From a virus (taxonomy: Duplodnaviria > Caudoviricetes), in the IMG/VR virus record IMGVR_UViG_3300030207_000942, positions 1 to 37,253 of that record: DNA of 37,253 nt; one strand, given 5' to 3'. The translations under genes and the position numbers were made by a program. The stretch's first letter is position 1; every line of letters starts with the position of its first letter. Shown piece after piece: positions 27,536 through 34,517 of this stretch. The notes under the pieces are model-generated. The model had not been told where the DNA came from, searched no databases, and worked only from the letters and a program-made list of their open reading frames with translations.

Positions 27536-28173
27536 ACTATATAATACATACAATAATTCAAGTATTATTAATTTTTGCAGGGGTGGTAGCATTTGCAACA
27601 GATAATAGTACGTCTAATCAGACTAACACTTCGGGTTCTAACACTTCCATATCGGGTGGTTACACGTCAACGACCACGAATACATACTCAGGAGGTCAGA
27701 CTAACACCACGACCAATAGCACGAGTAACACCACGAAGACTCAACAGATACCTGTAAATACTGCAGCAGCACCCTCTATGTCATCATACAGCCAGGACCT
27801 ATGTATAGTAGGCGTGTCTGGTGCAGTTCAGGTAACAGGGTTTGGAGTATCAGGTGGGACATATGTTGTTGACGAGAATTGCGAAAGGATGAAACTATCA
27901 AAATTATTATACGACTTTAATATGCGAGTTGCATCAATCGCAATACTTTGTCAAGACGATAGGGTGTTTTCTGCCATGGAACACGCAGGTACTCCTTGCC
28001 CATTTGAAGGACAGATAGGAAAAGATGCTACAAATCAATGGAAAAAATATGACATAGAAAGACCAGATTATGATACTTATGTACAAAAACTTAAAAGAAG
28101 AGCAGCTATAGATAACAAAACAGAGTTTGTGCCTATAGACACGGAGTATGATTTATATGGAGACGATGATTAA
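27532..28173 (+). CDS. Secreted protein with Ser/Thr/Asn-rich linker and Cys-containing domain
   Basis: Signal-peptide-like N-terminus ending AFA; four Cys (DLC, NCER, ILC, TPCP). Confidence 0.75.
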   Translation: MNYIIHTIIQVLLIFAGVVAFATDNSTSNQTNTSGSNTSISGGYTSTTTNTYSGGQTNTTTNSTSNTTKTQQIPVNTAAAPSMSSYSQDLCIVGVSGAVQVTGFGVSGGTYVVDENCERMKLSKLLYDFNMRVASIAILCQDDRVFSAMEHAGTPCPFEGQIGKDATNQWKKYDIERPDYDTYVQKLKRRAAIDNKTEFVPIDTEYDLYGDDD

Positions 28174-29575
28174 ATGTGGCTACTTGTTGTTAATTGCATT
28201 CTTGATAGCGTGGGCAGCAACAGCAGAAGACATAACGACTGGAAACCTTTTGCCAAATGGTTCTGGAAACGCAAGTAACTACCAATCTGTCGATAGTTCT
28301 ATACCTAACGTAACAACTAATGGCTTTACAGTTGAAGGAAATATAAGAGACTGGGGACAAGAGTTAGAAACAACAGGTACAGGAAGTATAAATTATACTG
28401 GTACATTACTTAATATTGTAACAAATGATGACACCACAACGCAAGACAAATTAGATAATGGTATAACATTAAACTCTACAACCATAGTACAGAACTGTGA
28501 ATGGGTAGGCTCTGCTTATCAATGTGGTCAAGCAAGAGCGGGGCAAGACAGTTACACAACGACAGTACAAATATTAGATAAAGATGGCACGGTTCTTGCA
28601 ACTGTAAACCAAACTAGAAATAATGATTCTGGTTATGGTGCTAATGCATACAAGTATGAAGATACAGTTACTTACGCAGGTGCAGGTAGTAACCAGTTCT
28701 ATTGGGAATGGGAAGGGGTAGATGAAGGTAGCTATGTAAACCTAGGTGGACCTAATCTTCTTGGTGCAAAACTTACAATGACATACAATAATACTGTAAT
28801 ACCAGAGGAAACTATAGAAGAAATATATGAAGTTATAGAGGAATTTGAGGAATGGGAAGAACAATTTGTAGAAGAAGAACTAATAGAAGAGTTTGAATTA
28901 TTACCACCACCTATTGCATTAGAAGAAATGGGCATTATAATTGAAGAAGAGCAAATCGTAGAGGTGTTTGAAACTTTTGAAGAGTTAGAAGAAGAGTTTG
29001 AAGAGGTAGAAATACTGCAAGTATTTGGAGGACCAGAAATTGTACCAGAACCCGAGGAAGAAGAGGTTAGTAACGAGACTTCTGTTGCAGCAGTTGAAGA
29101 AGAGTTCATGGAAGAACAACCTGAACCGACTGAAAGTACCCCTGTGGAAACAGTTCAAGAAGAACCTCAGAGTGAACCATCTAATAACGAGCAAGTGGCA
29201 GTAGCTGAAGAAGAATCTACAGAAGTATCTGTAAGCGTAAGCTCTATACAAGCAGAGGTTAGCGTAAAGATAAAAAGCGTAGAGAAACAATTAGCAGCTA
29301 CTAGCATTATAGCTCAACAAGTCATGGTGCAAGAGCAAGTAGATTTATCTAGCTACAACAAAGCATATGTAGATAACAGAAAAATATACGAAGGCAATAC
29401 TTATGAAGACCTACGAACACTTGATGAGTATAGCAAAAAGATTTATAATGATGATAGAAAGTTTGTAGCTATATCTATGAATGACCCTGTAAAGGATTAT
29501 CAAAACAATCTTAGAAATGCTACAATAAAAAGAAAGATAGCTGAACAAGAACTTAGACAGCTAAGAGGTTACTAA
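28166..29575 (+). CDS. Secreted protein: beta-rich domain, Glu/Pro-rich linker, C-terminal helix
   Basis: MIKCGYLLLIAFLIAWAATA signal-like segment; GGAG before ATG 28166. Confidence 0.75.
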   Translation: MIKCGYLLLIAFLIAWAATAEDITTGNLLPNGSGNASNYQSVDSSIPNVTTNGFTVEGNIRDWGQELETTGTGSINYTGTLLNIVTNDDTTTQDKLDNGITLNSTTIVQNCEWVGSAYQCGQARAGQDSYTTTVQILDKDGTVLATVNQTRNNDSGYGANAYKYEDTVTYAGAGSNQFYWEWEGVDEGSYVNLGGPNLLGAKLTMTYNNTVIPEETIEEIYEVIEEFEEWEEQFVEEELIEEFELLPPPIALEEMGIIIEEEQIVEVFETFEELEEEFEEVEILQVFGGPEIVPEPEEEEVSNETSVAAVEEEFMEEQPEPTESTPVETVQEEPQSEPSNNEQVAVAEEESTEVSVSVSSIQAEVSVKIKSVEKQLAATSIIAQQVMVQEQVDLSSYNKAYVDNRKIYEGNTYEDLRTLDEYSKKIYNDDRKFVAISMNDPVKDYQNNLRNATIKRKIAEQELRQLRGY

Positions 29576-29817
29576 TGGATTTAATGGAAACACTAAAAAA
29601 ATATATAGCACTTGTTGGTATTGTTACTACAATAGGTGGTGGTTTTTATGCATGGGGTGTATTTAACAATAGGCTTGATGAATTAGAACAATCTAAATCT
29701 ACAAAAACAATAAAGGCTATGAAAAAAGAAATAGCTATACTAGAAAAAAGAGTAGCTGTGTTAGAAACAAAGCTTGATGAATTTAGATTTACAATACAAA
29801 ACCCACTAAAAAATTAA
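29575..29817 (+). CDS. N-terminal TM plus coiled-coil protein
   Basis: YIALVGIVTTIGGGFYAWGVF followed by heptad repeats; TAATG coupling. Confidence 0.75.
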   Translation: MDLMETLKKYIALVGIVTTIGGGFYAWGVFNNRLDELEQSKSTKTIKAMKKEIAILEKRVAVLETKLDEFRFTIQNPLKN

Positions 29818-29826
29818 GGAGGTATC

Positions 29827-30021
29827 ATGGCTTTAGATAAAGATAAAATTAAAGAAGAGCTAAAAGATTTTACTGAAGATGCAGCAGAAGTTATTGGAGA
29901 TGCACTTAAAAAACATTTCTGGAAATCTGTAAAAGCAGCATGGAAAGGTTTCTCAGTTATACAAAAATTATATGTAGTTGTAATCTTTGGAGCTTACTCT
30001 TATTTATTATATTGGATTTAA
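29827..30021 (+). CDS. Small C-terminally anchored membrane protein
   Basis: AAGGAGGT RBS; LYVVVIFGAYSYLLYWI. Confidence 0.75.
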   Translation: MALDKDKIKEELKDFTEDAAEVIGDALKKHFWKSVKAAWKGFSVIQKLYVVVIFGAYSYLLYWI

Positions 30022-30716
30022 ACTAACTTACCTATCCAGTTTCCATCATTATCAAGAACCATAGGAAACAGTTTAGGTATTCCATCTATAATCATACCGC
30101 AGCCTAGTATGAATCTGGTTTTAAAATTTTTAGCATAGGCAAATGCTAGGCTCTTTTGATTTATAAGGCAGCCTACATTCATACCCCAGAATAAATTGTC
30201 AGGGTTTGCCCACCACGATATCAAGAACTTAGTGTGGTAATGTCCTTGCACTGCATTCATTCCCATAGTTTGTGATACCTTTAACACATCTGCTACCCTG
30301 CCATGTGTAAAAAAACATCTTTGTTTATTCGGTAAAGTAATAGTTAAATCATCTTGCCATGTCCACTTCTTTGTACCTAAAAACTCCCCATAAGTTCTAA
30401 GAAACATACGGCTCATACCAGACTTCAATGCCCTACGATATACCATAGAACTGTGGTTAGATTCTACTTCTATTACTTTTGGAAATATTTCTTCTAGTTC
30501 TTTGACGTATACTTTTGCTTGTGTTAGTTCATCACCTGGACTAGGCAGGTCAGGGTCGTGGTCGTGCATAGACATAGCTTGAAAATCTAATAAGTCGCCA
30601 ATATTTACGACAAAATCTGGATTGTATTCTTGTTTAATTTTGCTAAGAAATGCAAAAGCATCTTTGTGATGGTATGGTATGTGCAAATCACTTATTATTA
30701 ATATGCGCTCATACAT
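30018..30716 (-). CDS. Calcineurin-like metallophosphoesterase
   Basis: ISDLHIP, IGDLLD, SNH, FTHG, QGHYH motifs. Confidence 0.92.
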   Translation of the reverse strand: MYERILIISDLHIPYHHKDAFAFLSKIKQEYNPDFVVNIGDLLDFQAMSMHDHDPDLPSPGDELTQAKVYVKELEEIFPKVIEVESNHSSMVYRRALKSGMSRMFLRTYGEFLGTKKWTWQDDLTITLPNKQRCFFTHGRVADVLKVSQTMGMNAVQGHYHTKFLISWWANPDNLFWGMNVGCLINQKSLAFAYAKNFKTRFILGCGMIIDGIPKLFPMVLDNDGNWIGKLV

Positions 30717-30722
30717 TATCGT

Positions 30723-30752
30723 ATCTTACCACAAGTTATCCACATTAATCAA
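30723..30752 (-). promoter_or_regulatory. Promoter for a leaderless metallophosphoesterase mRNA, containing a DnaA box
   Basis: TTGATT-N18-TAAGAT with extended TG; ATG 6 nt after the -10; TTATCCACA at 30736-30744. Confidence 0.55.
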
Positions 30753-30930
30753 CAGGTGGATTCAATTCTTCAAACATGTTTAACAATCTTTTTTGTATTA
30801 AGTTGCGCAATCTTTCTTCTGTTAGTTCAAAAGTTTGTTTGTCGTTTAATTTCATGTAACAAACTTGTTTTTCTTTTATCATATATGCTATATCTCTAGC
30901 TAACTCGTTTACAGTTTTTGTCATTGACAT
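30745..30930 (-). CDS. Hypothetical protein (61 aa)
   Basis: AAGGAG RBS upstream of ATG 30930. Confidence 0.7.
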   Translation of the reverse strand: MSMTKTVNELARDIAYMIKEKQVCYMKLNDKQTFELTEERLRNLIQKRLLNMFEELNPPVD

Positions 30931-30951
30931 TTTAACTCCTTTTTATATAAT
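30924..30951 (+). promoter_or_regulatory. Consensus sigma70 promoter, antisense to the surrounding operon
   Basis: TTGACA-N16-TATAAT. Confidence 0.75.
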
Positions 30952-30957
30952 ATAAAT

Positions 30958-31029
30958 GTTAGTTGAGTTGAGTCAAACATAGGTTTGATAATGAAGAAAG
31001 CAAGGAGACTTGCACTACAGCTCAACTAA
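30958..31029 (+). ncRNA. Candidate small structured RNA (three-way junction, about 72 nt)
   Basis: 12-bp closing stem and two hairpins, one with a GAGA tetraloop; begins 7 nt after the TATAAT. Confidence 0.65.
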
Positions 31030-31943
31030 AATTGCACCTTGTCTCTATAATAATTACAATAATTTTTTACATTACAATAATGTTCACATCTAACATCTTC
31101 ACCTATGCGTCTTATAATTGCACAATCTTTTCCCTCTGTCATATTATTATCAGCTATATATTGATGTGCCAATTTTTCTGACTCTAAAACACGCACTGCT
31201 TTAACTCTTCCTTTTTTCATAACTGCATAAGTTGTAGGTTTTGACCATCGTTCAGCAGGCGTACATACTGGTAATTTATCAGTCGTTTTATGAAGACTTT
31301 CTTGATGCAAACTTATTCTTTGTTTAATGTAATTAGATTGTTCTTCTCTAGACCATCTGCGTATTGGTATCATAATGGCTTGCTTCTTTGGATAAGTGTC
31401 AGATTGCATTACGCGCACCTTAGACCAATCACGTAATATAGCCATAATGGATAATGATTGTACAGGGTATAAATCATTATTGCTTGCTATAAAATCATAT
31501 ACATTCAATTGTTGTTCCCATTCTATTTTATTATTTTGTAACGCATCCATAGCAGTCCAGGCAGATGTAACTTTAAAGTCAATAAGACTACCGTCTGCTT
31601 GTAACAAATCTATTTGACCACTTAATTTCCAATGATTAGTTTCTGGACCTTCATAAAAAATTCTTTCTTCTACTATGTCTGATTTTAAGGCAGCCCTTTC
31701 TATAACGTGATGCACTGATTGACCTAAGAGCGAGAAAACTAAGTCTGATACATCTTCCTCTATGTCCAGGGCATACCTAGATTCTAATTGTGTTATTCTT
31801 GGTGGTTTAATTAAAGTAGTAGTGCTAATATCCGATGGTCCTTTTATGTAAGTATCATTCTGTACAGCTCTAACAATACATTTTGGTAAATTGTATTTGT
31901 TTTTTATGCGACGAAGCTGTACAACTTTTGGTAGGTCTCTCAT
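31026..31943 (-). CDS. PD-(D/E)XK (Cas4/RecB-like) exonuclease
   Basis: GQSVHHVIE, LSGQIDLL....LIDFKVTS, QLNVY, C-terminal C...RCEHYC.VK.YC. Confidence 0.85.
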   Translation of the reverse strand: MRDLPKVVQLRRIKNKYNLPKCIVRAVQNDTYIKGPSDISTTTLIKPPRITQLESRYALDIEEDVSDLVFSLLGQSVHHVIERAALKSDIVEERIFYEGPETNHWKLSGQIDLLQADGSLIDFKVTSAWTAMDALQNNKIEWEQQLNVYDFIASNNDLYPVQSLSIMAILRDWSKVRVMQSDTYPKKQAIMIPIRRWSREEQSNYIKQRISLHQESLHKTTDKLPVCTPAERWSKPTTYAVMKKGRVKAVRVLESEKLAHQYIADNNMTEGKDCAIIRRIGEDVRCEHYCNVKNYCNYYRDKVQF

Positions 31944-32533
31944 TAAAAGGGTACATCTCCAATGTCGTTGGCCTCGTCACCAAGGTCTGTGTTCATGCCT
32001 TCTAATTCTTTAGACCTCATAATCATATTTCTTATACCTTCAGACAAAGAATTAAAAGTGTCTCTTTTGTTTTGTTGAAAATCTTCTATTGTAAATAAAA
32101 CAACATCATGAATGGCAGGTCGCATTTTATCTGGATTTGAATGTGGCATTACGCTATTTACCTGCACCCTACCACGTTTGTCTTCTATTAAATTTAACAT
32201 GCAAGATACATTGACAAGGTTGCCTATATCAAATCCTTGTTTTTCTGTTTCTGTAAACGCTCTACCTCTCCATGAAGTTAGGTCTGCACCTAGTTTACTT
32301 TTTTCATGTAAAGATAAATTGTAAAATTTACTGATGGTAAGTGGCATGCCATCCTTTAATTGTTCAGGCAATTCCCATATCAACATAACCTGTCTTTTCC
32401 AAGTTGTCTCTCCTTCATAAGTATTTTTCTGTGTGCCAAGGTCGATTACCTTTACACAACGAGCTTCGTGAACTCCAACATCTGGTTGTATAAAACCAGA
32501 ACCAGAGTCTGTGCTTTTTGCAATTAATGCCAT
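31943..32533 (-). CDS. Putative ssDNA-binding protein
   Basis: GVHEARC..VIDLGTQ, SK.YNLSLHEKSKL...L.SWRG; SSB-like acidic tail ending GDVPF; GGAGG RBS. Confidence 0.7.
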   Translation of the reverse strand: MALIAKSTDSGSGFIQPDVGVHEARCVKVIDLGTQKNTYEGETTWKRQVMLIWELPEQLKDGMPLTISKFYNLSLHEKSKLGADLTSWRGRAFTETEKQGFDIGNLVNVSCMLNLIEDKRGRVQVNSVMPHSNPDKMRPAIHDVVLFTIEDFQQNKRDTFNSLSEGIRNMIMRSKELEGMNTDLGDEANDIGDVPF

Positions 32534-32565
32534 ATATGCCTCCAAATTTTTTTTATTGTTTCAAA

Positions 32566-32623
32566 AGATTAACATATGTAAAGCTTACTGTCAACTTGAC
32601 TAGAGTTAATAATGTCGTATATT
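32566..32623. promoter_or_regulatory. Back-to-back divergent promoters, each with an operator
   Basis: - strand TTGACA-N17-TAATCT. + strand TTGACT-N16-TATATT. Operators at 32569-32582 and 32596-32609. Confidence 0.75.
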
Positions 32624-32629
32624 AATAAT

Positions 32630-32848
32630 ATGGAAAATGAAAACTATATTATGGCTGTACAAAGAACTGTAGAAATAAGAAACAATTACGGTGGTGCAGA
32701 ACTCGCTAGAAAACTAGGCATATCACATGCCGCTGTGTCTAAATGGAAAGTTATACCTCCTTTTCGTGCATATCAAATTGCACAACTAGGTGATTATAAG
32801 TTAGAATATATTAGACCCGACATTAAATTTGGTGTTGGCCCTCAATAG
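32630..32848 (+). CDS. Cro/YdaS-like HTH regulator
   Basis: YGGAELARKLGISHAAVSKWKVIPPFRA..I.......LE.IRPDI; likely leaderless start at 32630. Confidence 0.88.
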   Translation: MENENYIMAVQRTVEIRNNYGGAELARKLGISHAAVSKWKVIPPFRAYQIAQLGDYKLEYIRPDIKFGVGPQ

Positions 32849-32896
32849 GAGGCAGTAAATCATCCTTTACGTATATGCAACCTCTTGCTGCCTCCT
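32847..32896 (+). terminator. Stem-loop after the cro-like gene
   Basis: AGGAGGCAGTAA / TTGCTGCCTCCT, 12-bp stem with a 26-nt loop. Confidence 0.55.
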
Positions 32897-32898
32897 TG

Positions 32899-32989
32899 TA
32901 GCAATGCTATAGCACTGTGTTATACATTCGCAATGCGATTTTATCCCCTTCATCTTCACCTTCATCTTCATCTTCACCTGCATCTTCAT
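32899..32989. repeat. Candidate replication origin: palindromic iterons plus a (CTTCAY)n array
   Basis: TAGCAATGCTA 32899-32909; TCGCAATGCGA 32928-32938; seven 6-nt units 32948-32989. Confidence 0.6.
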
Positions 32990-32998
32990 ACAAGATAG

Positions 32999-33040
32999 TT
33001 GACAAGCAGTAGAGTTATTAGTTATATTAACTAGAGTAAA
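32999..33040 (+). promoter_or_regulatory. Promoter and operator for the DUF1376-like gene
   Basis: TTGACA-N18-TATATT; TTAACTAGAGTAAA at 33027-33040. Confidence 0.65.
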
Positions 33041-33043
33041 GGT

Positions 33044-33415
33044 ATGAGAAAACTAAAGAGTTATGAACAAAGCCCTGCTTTTCAATTTTATGCAAGCGAC
33101 TGGATAAGCGACCCTAACAGAATGATGATGTCCCTTGAGGAGCAGGGTGCATACATATTGTTGTATTGTCATTGTTGGAGAGCTGGTACTATATCTAAAG
33201 AAATGGAAGTATTAGCACGTATGTGCAATTGCAGTTTGGAAAAAATAAAGAAGATATGGCCTAGGATACAACATATGTTTAAGGAAACACCAAAGGGTCA
33301 ATTGTTTTGCGTGCAAGCTGAAGAAGAAAGAGAAGAGCAATTAATTAATAGAAAAAAACGTAGTGACGCAGGTAAGAAAGGTGCTAAAGTTCGATGGAAG
33401 AATGGTAAAGCATAA
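33044..33415 (+). CDS. DUF1376/YdaU-like replication initiator, N-terminal domain only
   Basis: PAFQFYASDWISD....MMSLEEQGAYILL....W, LARMC, RSDAGKKGAKVRW. Confidence 0.85.
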   Translation: MRKLKSYEQSPAFQFYASDWISDPNRMMMSLEEQGAYILLYCHCWRAGTISKEMEVLARMCNCSLEKIKKIWPRIQHMFKETPKGQLFCVQAEEEREEQLINRKKRSDAGKKGAKVRWKNGKA

Positions 33416-33605
33416 TTTGTTTTTCTATTATATCTTCTATGTTATGTGTGTTGCAGTAAAAAGTATCAAATCTATCTTCTATTTCTTTTACAACCAATTC
33501 TGTAATAGCTATGCTGTCAGACACACGATGCGTTCTGTCTATATATTTTAAAATTTTTATTTTATCCAAGGGTTGTATTCTGCCATTTTTTTTTACTATA
33601 TTCAT
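33384..33605 (-). CDS. Stand-alone ATP-cone-like protein
   Basis: IVKKNGRIQPLDKIKI...THNIEDIIEKQI matches the ATP-cone pattern VxKRdG..e.fd..KI...t.eI.diVe..L. Confidence 0.7.
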   Translation of the reverse strand: MNIVKKNGRIQPLDKIKILKYIDRTHRVSDSIAITELVVKEIEDRFDTFYCNTHNIEDIIEKQIMLYHSSIEL

Positions 33606-33606
33606 T

Positions 33607-33897
33607 TTAGTTCTCCAACATTTGTAATACTTCTGCCAATAAATCTTCTTGACTTCCCCATTTGCGACTAAACTCTTTAGAATTGTAATGAAAAGATTCT
33701 TGACTTAATCTATGATGATAAGGACACAATGGTATTACTTCATAATGACTTGCTCTTTTACCCATGCCCGTCATAGACCTTATGTGATGTAACTCAGCAG
33801 GCGACATCTCATTGCCTTGCTTGTGACAAATAATGCACCCAAGCTTAGCAACTTTATTCATGTGTTCTTTTTCTGCTTTAGTTTTTGTACGTGCCAT
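33607..33897 (-). CDS. Ref-like HNH nuclease
   Basis: EKEHMNKVAKLGCIIC...PAELHH....GMGKRASHYEVIPLCPYHHR...WGSQEDLL. Confidence 0.85.
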   Translation of the reverse strand: MARTKTKAEKEHMNKVAKLGCIICHKQGNEMSPAELHHIRSMTGMGKRASHYEVIPLCPYHHRLSQESFHYNSKEFSRKWGSQEDLLAEVLQMLEN

Positions 33898-34168
33898 AAT
33901 CGAAATCTTTTTCCGTAAAAGTTTTTGCGCCAATTTTATTTATTACTTTGATGTTACGGGTAGGAATTATTATTTCATCACCAACATCTTCGATTGTAAA
34001 AGACATAACAAATATGTGTTTGTCTTCATCTTTATAAACTAAATAACCTTCTGTGTAACATATACTTAAAGTGTCTTTTCCAACATCAGACCTCGATTTC
34101 CATTCTGCGTGACTGGTAGCATCTTCCCACCAACATTCATATTTTGATAAAGTAAATTTACGGGCCAT
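33878..34168 (-). CDS. Hypothetical phage protein
   Basis: W.DA.S..EW...C.TEGYL pattern; overlaps both neighbours. Confidence 0.75.
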   Translation of the reverse strand: MARKFTLSKYECWWEDATSHAEWKSRSDVGKDTLSICYTEGYLVYKDEDKHIFVMSFTIEDVGDEIIIPTRNIKVINKIGAKTFTEKDFDYGTYKN

Positions 34169-34517
34169 AGTTTTTTCTTTCTCTTCCATCGTTTATCATT
34201 TTTGTTTTCCAAGTATCAAAATTAATATCAACAATTTTCTTTTGCCAATTTAATTCTGATTCTATTTGCACAGCTTCGGCAAGTGCTTGTATGTGCTTTT
34301 GATACCTTTCGTCTGAACGTGCTTCCCTTTCTTGGGCTGCGGCCGTCTCTAATTTGCCTGTTGTAGAGTTTAGCTGATATTCTTTCATGAGTCTAGCTAA
34401 CAAAATTTTTCTACCATGTTCTAGTATTGTTAGATTTTTCTTAGCTTCAGCGTGTTTTATACCTATTTCTCGTAATTTTTCTAATTTTAATTCTATTAAG
34501 TCATCATATGTATTCAC
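34158..34517 (-). CDS. Coiled-coil protein, possibly a UvsY-like recombination mediator
   Basis: All-helical, AAQEREARSDERY; ATGA overlap with the helicase. Confidence 0.6.
   Translation of the reverse strand: MNTYDDLIELKLEKLREIGIKHAEAKKNLTILEHGRKILLARLMKEYQLNSTTGKLETAAAQEREARSDERYQKHIQALAEAVQIESELNWQKKIVDINFDTWKTKMINDGRERKNYGP

Noticed and set aside
2683-29290. Numerous antisense and alternative-frame ORFs inside structural genes
   Set aside because: Shadow ORFs of long, codon-biased genes, with no motifs.
30991-30997. ATGAAGA in the RNA junction complementary to TCTTCAT origin repeats
   Set aside because: A 7-nt match that is very common in this genome (Asp-Glu-Glu/Asp codons), so chance level.
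30958-31029. Structured RNA as a tRNA or hammerhead ribozyme
   Set aside because: Only two internal arms, no T-loop or CCA end, and no CUGANGA core on either strand.
31026-31943. Cas4 implying a CRISPR-Cas system
   Set aside because: No array or other cas genes. Solo Cas4-like exonucleases next to SSB genes are common in phages.
32933-32998. Peptide MRFYPLHLHLHLHLHLHLHTR as a His leader peptide
   Set aside because: No SD and no attenuator or his genes downstream. It is better explained as a by-product of the 6-nt DNA repeat.
32566-33415. Temperate lifestyle inferred from the Cro-like gene
   Set aside because: No integrase, CI-type repressor, partition genes or att site is recognisable, so lifestyle cannot be called.
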